From the NCBI GenBank assembly GCA_964252035.1, contig OZ176204.1: a stretch of 64,000 nt of DNA. One strand, written 5' to 3'. The stretch is from Podarcis erhardii (lineage: Eukaryota). Made by a program: the position numbers and the translations under genes. The notes beneath the pieces were generated by a model, which saw nothing but the letters and a program-made list of their open reading frames with translations, was not told the DNA's origin and searched no databases. Within the stretch, counting starts at the first letter, position 1; every line of letters begins with the position of its first letter. Positions 50,001 through 60,423 of this stretch are shown in pieces.

Positions 50001-53000
50001 TCCTGTATTACAAGGTGCATAAAGGGAACTGTTTGCCCTTGGGGTTCAATTAGCTCCAGCAGGGGGCCTTGCTAGCCCCCCCCATCCTTCATTACAGAAT
50101 GTGTCTGCTAAAGATGCCACATAGCTCATTTTAAACAGGCCTGACCTGTTTTTACTTGCCATCTGTCCAGGTTTTTGTTTTAATTCAGCTTTAATGTCGG
50201 GCACCAGGCCATTTAAAAAGCAATTTACGTATTAAAATGGCGCAACTACAATAGTTCATATGCAAATAAGCCACCACTCCTTTTGGCTGTGTAAATGTGG
50301 GAACCCTATTGCCAGGCCTGCCTCAGGTGCCCCTCCTCCTCCTCCTCCTCCTCTGCAGGTAAAGGACCTCTAACCAAAGTATCCTGGTCCCTTAGTCATG
50401 ATGGCAACTCCCCCTTCCTATCCGGGGCAGCCATAAAAGGTTGCTACCACCTGTAAGGTATCGGTGGAGCCATCCTCAATGATGCAATGGCCATGTTTGG
50501 GGACAAGGGAAGGGCCACCCAAGTTTGGGACTTGACTTGTCTCTTGCTTTTTCCAGCTTTGTTCTCTTTTTCTGAGAACATGTCTTGCCCCTGGCTTTTC
50601 TCTTCATCTACCCACCCTAATTAGACTTAAACCTGCAGCACAAGCTTCTTATACAGCTGACTTGAAGCTAAATCCCCTTGCAGAGCCAGCCTGGGCAGGG
50701 TCAGCTCAGGAAGCTGGCCTTCTGCTTCCTCCACAGAGAGCGCTGAGCAATGCACCTCTGTGAAATGCATGAGGGGCGAGTGCTGTGGGGAGGCCTCCCC
50801 TCTGCGCGCCCCTTGAATCTGGAGGACATTTTCCTGGGGGATGAAAGGGCCACAACAGCATTGGGGGCAGGGCGAGAATTATTGTCTGGAAAACGATGTT
50901 TACTCTGTGTGCCTATGATTTCATCTTGCTTGCACTCATGGAATCCGTCACAGAATTTGGCACCCATAAATTCTCCGTTTTCCTGTTAAAACCACACATC
51001 AGTTGCTGTTACGGCTGTGAACAAAAGCTGGGACACGTGGGCAGTGTTGGGTCTTCCCTTGGGTGCCTTGCTCCCATCTCCCTTGCATCTGACCATTCCC
51101 CAGATCAACTCATTTGAACGTTTCGATCTTGGAAGCAGAAGACAGTATGCGCACACACAAAAAGCAAAATACGTGCATATTTTGCATGATTTCCATAATT
51201 TATTCAGGTCACCGAATTTGAACCTCCTTGGTGCAGAAATATACACAGCCCTCATTGTTCGTCTTTCCTCCCAAGTACCAAGGAGAGGTTGTTGCGAGAT
51301 AAGAGTCAAACAATATTGCATTGATTTTTCCAAAACAATTAGTCTCTATGATCTCTTCTGCTGCAGATAGTGACCCCACAACCCATGAGCAGCTGCTCCA
51401 TAAAACTTACTTCCTGGTAACCTAGTGGTTACAGATTCTGTGCTGTGGTGCTTTTGTGGTGGGTGGGAGAAGTCAGCTGGGAATGAGATGGCAGCAGAGA
51501 GTCACTATTTGACTTTGTCCCAATGGGATCCATGCAGGGCTTGCTCCCTTTGCTAACGTGGCACTTTTATCCAGGATGGGAGGGGGTAGCTTTTACTTTC
51601 CCAGCTATTTAGTGGTCTTATGAATATTACATGAGAATTACAGGCTCCTAAGAAGGGGAATGGCTCTATATTTCGCTCCCTGTTCCTTGGAAGCCAGGCT
51701 AGTGGCTAGCTGTCCATTCTGGGATTCAAGGGCAGCCATTTCCCCCAGCAGTGTGTGTGACTTTCTGACCTGTTCCAGGGTTGTCATTGGCTAGCAAACT
51801 CTCCGTACAGGTTTTATTTCTGCAAATGGTACTGAAGCACTGCTCTTTCTCACTGCTCCCATTAAACTGCAGCTACTTACCCCAATCAATGTCTTCCTGG
51901 CCATCTCTAGTACCCCTAGAGATTGTGGCTGGTTAATTACATCCTGGCGGCAGGTATTCCAGTCACCGCATCTCGTGGGGTTGGGCTGGATCAGAGTGCT
52001 TGCTTCCCGCACATCTCCCCCTCTCCCCCCACTTTCTCCAGACTGAACATTGCAAGGAGGCTGAAATCTACAGTGAAAAGGACACCAAAGTCTACAGCAA
52101 GCAGCAGCAGCATTCTGAGGGGCTGCTTGGGAAGCAGAGGAAGCCTTGCAGTGAAATCAAACCTTTGGTCCATCTGGCTCAGAATTACGGAGGCTGATTA
52201 GCAGCAACTCTCCAGGATTTGAGGGCCAAACTGCACACGGCACTGAATGTGTCGCTTGGAATCGTGTCAGGGGTGTTGTTGTTGTTTATTTAATATTGGT
52301 GCAGGGCCCTAGTTTTCATCAGGACCACAGTGCAAGGGGTGGGGAGGTTGAACCCAGTTAACACACACACAGACAAACACACACACACAAAACACACTGT
52401 TGTTAGCCTAGTAACAACCAATGGTTGGGGGAGTTCATTGGGAATGTGGGGAGGGAAGGAGCCTTCTTGCACTTTACAGTCCTGATAAAACCAGGCCTCC
52501 TTGTGCCTGCTTTAAAAAAAAAACCACCACCACAAAGTGTTTCCAAGTGATACATTTGGCATCACTTGCAGTTTGGCCCTTTGACAAGGAATGTTTCCCA
52601 GCCCTTCCTGCAGATGCCAGGGGCTGAACCTGGGACCTCCTGCAGGAAAAGCATGGGCTCTGCAACTTGAGCTGCAGCTCTTCGGAGGTCCTGTGCCAAA
52701 GAAAACCTCAGGAGACCTTGCTCAGGGCTGCCCTCCGGTTGTATCTAAGATCCGTTTCCTGCTGCTCCTTGGGACCCATTGACATGACGTCTGACTGTTC
52801 ACCCATGAGTGTAAGACTCCTAAGGACATGGCTCAGTCGGATCTTGTATTGTGCTCAGCCGTTGACCCCTGGTCTTATTTGTCATCCATAAACTTTGGTC
52901 TCCAGCTGTTTGGGACTACAACTCCCATCATCCCTAGCTAGCAGGACCAGTGGTCAGGGATGATGGGAGTTGTAGTCCAAAACAGCTTGCGACCCAAGTT

Positions 53001-56000
53001 TGGGAAACCCTCATACTCACTATTGCAGGCACGAGGAACATAGGATACTGTCTTACACTCAATCAGACAAATGGTCCATACAGCTTAGTATTGTCTTGTC
53101 TGTTTGTTTGTACCCTGCCCACCTGACTGGGTTGCCCCAGCTGCTCTGGGTGGCTTCCAAAATATGTATAGAAACAAGATAAGACATTAAACCTTAAAAG
53201 CTTTGCTATACAAGGCTGCCTTCAGATGTCTTCTAAAGGTTATATAGTTACTGCTCCTGGATTAACATCTTCCCCATTAAAGCTTTTATAACCCACTTTT
53301 TTTTCTCCAAGGAGCTCAAGGTTCTCCCCCTCCTCAGTTAATCTCCACAACAATCCTGTGAGGTAGGTTAAGCAGAGAGGCAGTGACTGGCCCAAAGTCA
53401 CCCAGTGAGCTTCCTGGCCAAGTGGGGATCTGAACCCAGATCTCCCAAGACTTAGTCCGACACTCTAACCCAGCCTTTCTCAACCTTGGGTCCACGGATG
53501 TTCTTGTACCACAACTCCTATCATCCCTGAGCACTGGCCATGCTGGCTAGGAATGATGGGAGTTGTAGTCCAACAACATCCAGGGAACTAAGGTTGAGAA
53601 AGGCTGCTCTAACCGCTACATCACACAGACTTAAAATAAAAATAAAAATCAGCATTTTTTAAACTGTTGCCCTCTCCTTTTCTCACCCTCCTGTCCCGCC
53701 CCACTCCATTCTCTCATTCCTTTGAATGGTTAAATCAGACAGCTTTAGAATGGGATTGTACTTGTTGTGAGCCACTGTGGCAACTGTAGNNNNNNNNNNN
53801 NNNNNNNNNNNNNNNNNNNNNNNNNNNNNNNNNNNNNNNNNNNNNNNNNNNNNNNNNNNNNNNNNNNNNNNNNNNNNNNNNNNNNNNNNNNNNNNNNNNN
53901 NNNNNNNNNNNNNNNNNNNNNNNNNNNNNNNNNNNNNNNNNNNNNNNGTTGGGGACTTTGTCTGAATGCACTGCCATGTGAGAGATTGTAATGTGACTTG
54001 GCATTTTCAAAGGTTCTCTCTATATTCCCCTCATACTCTGGAGCAGAGAACATGACTCACAATTCCATCTCTCCCCCCACTAATTACGCTCTTAATGTTA
54101 GTGCTCCTTGGCCCCATCATTATACTCAGTGGCGGGTGACATTCACTGGGTTGTTTTGCAGAGCGCCAGTTATATCCTGAGTATTCTTATTTGTGGTTTC
54201 TGTGTAGACCCACCCTTGGGCTATGTGCCTCTGCTCATGAGAGCTGTGGAAGTCTGTAGAGCAGGGGATTCCCAAAGAGTGGTCCATGGTCTGCAAGCTT
54301 CACTCCGGGAGCTCACGGTGTGTCTGTGGATTTGGGCTGGAGACAGGAGCTGACCCACCCATCACATAAAACTTAAAAATCAATGCCAATGTTTTATGTG
54401 ATGGGTGGGCCAGCTCCTGTCTCCAGCCCAAATCCACACACACCGTATCTTAATGCTTTTTTATGGCAGTGGTTCCCAATTAGCTAAGTACTGCAGGCCC
54501 CCTGTACAGTATTTCAAAAGCCAAGCCAGGACCCCCGACTTTTAAAAATGTTGATATCTCTATGGTAGCTTTTGTTACATGAATGGTGCCATGGATCCCA
54601 TGGGTGGGTTATGAAACACCAACTGGGAATCACTGTTTTATTGCATTATATTTTGAATTCCATGGAATTCTAATTGAAGTACTGTTGACTCGCAGCTTAT
54701 GTACATTTAACTTGTGTGATCCCAGCTTTAACTGGTTGTATCCCAGAAGGCAGGGGGATGACAGAGTGTGGGGGGGACCTTTGGCAACCCCACCTCCCAT
54801 TGCACACACCTTGGGAGAGCCGTTCAGAGGTGCAGGGAGAGTCTGTAGCTGCCTTGGAAGAGAGTGCAGAGGTGCAGGGAGAATGCTGCGCTGTGCTTTT
54901 TATGGTTTTAAAAATGTTGTTTTGACTATACACAACTTTGGCTTTATGCGCTATCGCCCAGAATGTAACCCCCGCATAAATTGAGAGTCAACTGTACAAT
55001 AAAATGCTACATATAAGAGATAAACCTTCAACATTGCACTGTTACCCTCCATCAGTGCAACCATTTCTGGATAATCTTCCCTCTCTTCCTTCTTCCTCTG
55101 ATTCTCCAGAGCAGATTTAGGGGAGGAGGTGCAGGGGGCCTGTGGAAGGAGGAAGGAAAGCCCCATCATTCTCATGGGATCGTTTGCGTTGGCTTCCGCT
55201 AGCACACCAGGTTAATTGAATTTGGGCTAGAGGGTTGCATTCAACTAAGTCTTACTCAAAGTTGAGCCACTGAAACAAATGAACCTGAGTTAGTCATGTC
55301 CATTAACTTCAGTGTGTCTGCTGTGAGTAGGACAAATATTCAATACAACCCAAAAGAAGCCATAGAAACCATACAGCATCTAGCACAGCACATTTGCTGC
55401 AACAGGCGAAAATAATAATTGAAGTGCTGTGCCTGGGGGGAACGTTTGGGGACATAAGATGAGCCTTCCGGATCAGACCAATGGCTCTTGTAGTCTCGTA
55501 TCCTGTTTTCACAGTGGCCAAACCGATGCCTGTGGGAAGCCTGCAAGATGGACTGTTCCAGAAAATGAGCTGAGGAAGGGATGTGCCTGCCTCTCGGAAC
55601 ATGCTCCAAGGAGTGTAGCAAACACCTTCCTGTGTAGCCCAGAACATTCCTGGCAATTTCACATCTAGCCCAGTAATTAGGCTCGTAACGTTGGTATTGT
55701 TTGCCACATCATTATCCCCAATAGTAGGTTGCAATCCCCGTATTATTTTGCAGAGCAACAGTTATGACCTTCCTGAGCTTGGATATGTTTGTTAATATCT
55801 CACATGGCATTAGCTTTTTGTGCCAAATCATCTCAAAAGGTGGCTCATGTTTAGTTTGTCATTCTGTACACACACACACCAAGACTATCCACACAATGCT
55901 GCTTCTGCAGGTTCTCTCTTCTTTATAGATGTACATTCTTGCAATCTTTCCAGTGTTATGCTCCGTATGTATCCTATTAAATTTCATCAGTTTTGTGTTC

Positions 56001-58209
56001 TCGGCACAGATCTGCCGTGTATCGAGAGCAAAAAGAAAGTTTGTCCTCTCCTCCGTGGGGCTTTTAGCCCCCTCCAGTTCCATACTCAATTAAAAGAAAA
56101 CGTTTCATAGCCTTCTCTGTTTAATGCTGAGTTATTATTTCCCGAGACAGCTTTCCACTCAGATTGTGAGGCTCCCTGCTTTGTATTAGCTGTTCCTCAA
56201 CTTGGTTGCGTGCACAGTTTTTGGATGACACATTTAGAAAATATTTGGAAGGCCAAAACAAAGCTAAGATGGAGAATGCAAGATTTTGTGCAGAGATAAA
56301 AACGGAGGAAATGTGCCTGTTCAGAGAGGGAGATTGAGGAGAGATGTGGGAAGTATTGAAATGTCCCCCTTTTAAATCACTGTTAAGAAAAACGAGTTTC
56401 CTTTAGAAGGGAGGTATAGGGGTGTTTGTCGGCAGATATGCACCTGCTGGCTTTGTTTTGGGGTGCCTCGTGGATCTTGCATCTGGTAAAGGAGCAGAAC
56501 TTGAATAAGACACTCAGGAATCCGTGCCACAATTAGGAAGAGAACCCCGATGAACTGAACTTTTCTCAGAGGAGCCCCTGCCTTGCTGTAGCCCATCCTT
56601 TGCCAGCCCTGCGACTCACCAGACTCCAGCTCCCTGGCTTATTCTCTGGCTAATTCCCTGTGCTATAAATACTGCCTGGGGTGAAAAACTCCCTATGGCT
56701 CCGGTCAGGGTGGTGGCCATGCAGGAAAAGCTCTGCCAGTGGCTACGTGACTCGTGCCAGGCTATGAAAAGGGCGGGGCAATGGCTGGCAGAGGAAAGAG
56801 TCTGGCTAGGGTGAATCTCTTGCTTTGGGACACCCCCATTTGAAGCCTCCCTCTCCCTCTGCAGGTCGCAATGAACCTTTGAAGAAAGACCGTCCCAAGT
56901 GGAAGAGTGACTACCCCATGACCGATGGGCAGCTGCGGAGCAAACGGGACGAGTTCTGGGACACGGCACCGGCCTTCGAAGGCCGCAAGGAGATCTGGGA
57001 TGCGCTCAAGGCTGCTGCCTATGCAGTGGAGGCGAATGACCACGGGCTAGCGCAGGCCATTATTGACGGTGCTGGAGTGACCTTACCCCACGGTATGTGA
57101 TGGCAGGACGGGAAGTGGGCAAGAGAAGAAATAGCACAGGGCTAGTTCTTTCTGCCTTATCTCTTGCCAGAGGTAGAAATCATGCCCTGTGCTGTGAGCA
57201 TAAAATGGGAACTTCTATCCAGGCAAAAATCATAAAGCAGGAATAGGCAATCGGTGCTCCTCTCCAGGTTCGTTGGACTGCAATCCCAGAATCCTTGCAT
57301 GGCTGTTGGCCGTGTTGGCTGGGCTCATAGGAGCTGGGAGCTGCAGGGCCAGAGATTCTCCCATCCCTGTCTTAGGGCCTGAAATCCCTGTTTGAACCCC
57401 CTTGCCTAACTGCCACAGTACAAGCACACATGTGCACCTGCAAACCCAAGATAGCAGCAAATGTGCCTTTATCACCATGCATATTATGCAGGTTAGACAC
57501 ACACGGAAGTAATAATTGGCCATGCCTCCCTGCTACTTGTCTCCACTGTGAGAAAGGTGTTTACTGCCACAAAATATATGAAGTGTCCTCAGAGCGGGTA
57601 CTTCCAGGATTCTTGAGCTCTTTTGATCCCTTCTGTACACATTTGTTCCTGGAATAAGGACAACATTCTCCCAAGACCTGAACAAACTGAGACAGCTTTG
57701 CACTGTACCTGCCACGTCACCTTCAGGAGGAAAGAGAAAAAGTGCCAACTTCATCCCTGTTACCCTGTGTTAGTCTCTGTATGGATGAAGCATTTATTTG
57801 TTTGTTTATTAACATTGTATGCTACTCTTCATCCCAAAGGGGCAAACATCAAAATGTTAAAACAATACAATCTTAAAAACAAAACAAAAAAACACATTAC
57901 AACTTTTTGAAACAATTTAAAAATGTCTTAACACATTTAAAAGCAGTCACATAGCCTCACAGTTACTATTTTCAAGGTTGTCATGGCCAGTACCTATAAC
58001 CCATCAAATGCCTGTGTAGTGGCACCTGCCCTGTGGAACGCCCTCCCACCAGATGTCAAAGAGAAAACCAACTACCAGACTTTTAGAAGACATCTGAAGG
58101 CAGCCCTGTTTAGGGAAGCTTTTAATGTTTAACAGACTATTTTATTATTTTAATATTTTGTTGCAAGCCACCCAGAGTGGGAAGCCAGATGGGTGGGGTA
58201 TAAATAATA

Positions 58210-58242
<33 letters not shown>

Positions 58243-59286
58243 ACAGGGAAGTTTTAAATTTCTCCTGAAAGCCAATAATGAGGGAGACAGATTCACTTAA
58301 TCCTGGAGGGCCATTCCACAAATGGGGAGCCACGAACGAGAAGGCCCTGCCATGGGTCAAAATACCAACTGGGCAGCAGCCAGAATTAGTATGACCTACA
58401 GGGCCTCACCTGCCAAGCATAGGGCCTGGGGTGCTTAATGTTGCGCGAGATGCTCCTTTAAATACTTGGTTCCTGAGCTATTTAGGGCTTTGTACACCAG
58501 CACTCACATCTTGAATTGGGCTCAGTAACTTGCTGGCAGCTCACTGGCAGCTGGGGTGTGATAGGTGGCTGGGCAAACTTGTTTGGTTAGAGAATTGGAC
58601 TAGGACCTGGGAGACCAGGGTTCAAATCCCCGCTTGGCCATGAAGCTCACTGAGTGAGTTTGGGCCAGTCTCTTCTCTCAGCCTAGCCTACCTCACAGGG
58701 TTTCTGTGCAGATTGAACGAGGAGGTGGAGAACCATGTACGCCACCTTGTGCTCCTTGGAGAGAGAAAAAGGAAATATAAATAAATTAAATAAGGAGAGG
58801 AAATTGAAAACTTACATTTAGTTTGGTGGGGAAGAGACTGGGTTCCGTTCCCCCCTGTAAGCCTCTCACGCCCCCTGCTGGCGCTTTCTTTCCCCTGCAG
58901 GCTCCCTCACCGAGTGCTATGACGAACTGGGTAACCGCTACCAGCTTCCAGTCTACTGCCTGGCCCCCCCTGTCAACCTGATCATGGAGCGGAGCGAGGA
59001 GGAGGGCGTGGAGCCGCCCGAGCCAACGCCCAACACCCGGCGCGAATTCCCCCTCAAAGTCCGCCTCTCCACGGGCAAGGACCTGCGCCTGAGCGCCAGC
59101 ATGACAGACACTATCGGGCAGCTGAAGAAGCAGCTGTACGCCCAGGAAGGACTGGAGCCCGCCTGGCAGCGCTGGTTTTTCTCGGGCAAGCTCCTGACGG
59201 ACAGGAGCCGCCTGCAGGAGACCAAGATCCAGAAGGACTTTGTCATCCAAGTCATCATCAACCAGCCGCCTGCACCGAGGAACTGA
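37112..59286 (+). CDS. UBTD1: Ubiquitin domain-containing protein 1, 227 aa; join(37112..37181,56865..57092,58901..59286)
   Basis: [14 protein letters not shown]-terminus (Gly2 myristoylation-type start), [54 protein letters not shown] and a C-terminal ubiquitin-like domain. 684 nt in frame. Head-to-head position with MMS19 favours UBTD1 over UBTD2. Confidence 0.96.
39125..39170. repeat. (AT)23 microsatellite
   Basis: Read directly. Confidence 0.95.
41692..41933. mobile_element. pogo/Tigger-type MITE (copy 2, opposite orientation to copies 1, 3 and 4)
   Basis: CAGTGGTACCTC TIR with TA flanks; internal sequence is the reverse complement of 19448-19681. Confidence 0.88.
43677..44545 (-). mobile_element. 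CR1 LINE 3' fragment interrupted by a Sauria SINE
   Basis: TTCTTATG-type tail at 43677. Minus strand gives a degenerate CR1 ORF2 end (GDIEL..VEKVD...[13 protein letters not shown]). Confidence 0.75.
43881..44263 (-). mobile_element. Sauria SINE with an internal 29-bp duplication
   Basis: GGGACGCAGGTGGCACTGTGG head and ACCTTT tail on the minus strand; homologous to 8093-8458. Confidence 0.85.
45597..46090 (-). mobile_element. CR1 3' UTR fragment interrupted by MITE copy 3
   Basis: CAGCATCCTGTTTCCCACACTGGCCAACCAGATG matches the 43677 family; homology resumes after 45936. Confidence 0.55.
45709..45934. mobile_element. pogo/Tigger-type MITE (copy 3)
   Basis: TIR CAGTGGTACCTCGGGTTA, TA flanks. 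Confidence 0.88.
46638..46851. mobile_element. pogo/Tigger-type MITE (copy 4)
   Basis: TIR CAGTGGTACCTCGGGTTA, TA flanks. Confidence 0.88.
47051..47088. repeat. (GT)19 microsatellite
   Basis: Read directly. Confidence 0.95.
53290..53625 (-). mobile_element. tRNA-derived SINE with L2-type tail, split by a hAT MITE
   Basis: The tRNA-like head (GTGTGATGTAGCGGTTAGAG...GGGTTCAGATCCC on the minus strand) is interrupted at 53471-53606. Confidence 0.65.
53471..53606. mobile_element. hAT MITE with a perfect 8-bp TSD
   Basis: TIR CAGCCTTTCTCAACCTT / AAGGTTGAGAAAGGCTG. TSD CTCTAACC at 53463-53470 and 53607-53614; an 8-bp TSD is the hAT signature. Confidence 0.88.
53790..53947. other. Assembly gap (158 N)
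   Basis: Run of N. Confidence 1.
54316..54445. repeat. Long inverted repeat (57/55-nt arms, 18-nt spacer)
   Basis: 54316-54372 and 54391-54445 are reverse complements except for one 2-nt indel and one substitution. Confidence 0.92.
54682..54994. mobile_element. Older Tigger-like MITE
   Basis: TIR CTGTTGACTC / GAGTCAACTG (9 of 10 match) with TA flanks. Confidence 0.6.
58013..58240 (+). mobile_element. L2-like LINE 3' end with (ATT)n tail
   Basis: GCCCTGTGGAACGCCCTCCC...CTGAAGGCAGCCCTGTTTAGGGAAG, ending in TATTATTAT repeats. Confidence 0.6.
58585..58793 (+). mobile_element. tRNA-derived SINE with L2-type tail
   Basis: B-box GGTTCAAATCC, CTACCTCACAGGG core, AAAT tail. Confidence 0.65.
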
Positions 59287-60017
59287 GCTGGAGGCGGGTG
59301 GTGCGCGCCCGGCCTTCAACCCAGGGACTGAGATTGCAGGAGGCTGCTCTTGCGCCTGGAGGGGGGGCCAGCAGGTGGCGCCCTCGGAACCAGGGCCGGA
59401 AGGTTCCCCAGCGGCCCCTGAGAAATTGCACACACTCACTCGCTGCAAGAGGCAGCAGACTGAGTTGACAGCGCAGATGGGCAACATTGAAAGTGGTTTA
59501 TCCCCATGGTTTGTCTCTCGGGGTCCTTTGGGGCCATTTTTTTTTAACTTCCCAGAACCCCAAGGATCGGACCTCCCTCCTCCTCCCAAATTATCCAGGC
59601 TCTGGGCTCGGCTGGCACCGAAACACATGCCTCCCCCCCCTTGCTCAGCTCCCGTCCGGGCTGAGCTGCCTGCACTTGAGCCTATATGACGGATTGTGGA
59701 CGCTGTCTCCTGGGCACAGCTCTTGTCATTTGGGCACTGAAGAGCTGGAGACCAAAGCGTCCCTGACATGAGGGGCCAGGCTGGGCCCAGGGCTGCACTA
59801 CGTGGGTCAGAAGACCCTGCCGGTTCTGGCTCCCCATTTCCAGGCCACTGAATGAGACCTTGAGTAATGCTGCAGTTGGCCCTCTTTGCACAATTTCATG
59901 GGATGAGCCCAGCAAGGCAGCTGCTGCTCATCCTGATTTTATGGGCAGCCCCTCAACCAGATAAGGTGCGATACGGGGGAAGATGGTTTGTATGTATAGG
60001 TATTAGTGTAATTTATC

Positions 60018-60023
60018 AATAAA
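60018..60023 (+). terminator. Probable UBTD1 polyadenylation signal AATAAA
   Basis: AATAAA about 730 nt after the stop codon, at the end of a GC-rich 3' UTR. Confidence 0.65.
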
Positions 60024-60423
60024 GCCTTTTCCAACTAGCCTGGAGCCTGATTTCAGCTGGGAACTTGCTTTGGGTGCCTTCGCTTTCTGCAAGCGTCAAA
60101 CGACTTAAAGAACCGGCCTTATGAACTTGGTAAGCTGGATTTGCTTTTGAAGGAAGAGGTTGTCAAGCAATGCAATGCCTGAGCATCTCCAGAAGGGCAA
60201 TGGGCAATTTGCATGAGGCAAACCAGGTAGGAAAGGCTGAAGCTCAGTGGTAGAGCAATTGCCTTCATGCGGAAGGTCCCAGGATTAACCCCAAGTGGGG
60301 CTGGGAGGGATTACTTCCTGAAGCCACAGAGAGCCTGTCAGTGTAGACAAGGCTAAGTGAAGTAGACCAATGGTCTGTCTCAGTATAAGGCTTCCTGTCT
60401 CTCTAGGAACCTGAAACTCAAGT

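Noticed and set aside
53735-54053. ORFs spanning the N gap
   Set aside because: Artefacts of undefined bases.
56664-56813. TATAAATA and a short ATG ORF upstream of UBTD1 exon 2 as an internal promoter or alternative first exon
   Set aside because: The ORF stops at 56811-56813, and the only nearby donor gives a very short intron in the wrong phase.
58786-59769. 327-aa minus-strand ORF
   Set aside because: Antisense shadow of GC-rich UBTD1 exon 3 and its UTR.
13881-60405. tRNA-like A/B-box sequences at several sites
   Set aside because: Each continues into a SINE body and lacks a complete cloverleaf; they are not tRNA genes.
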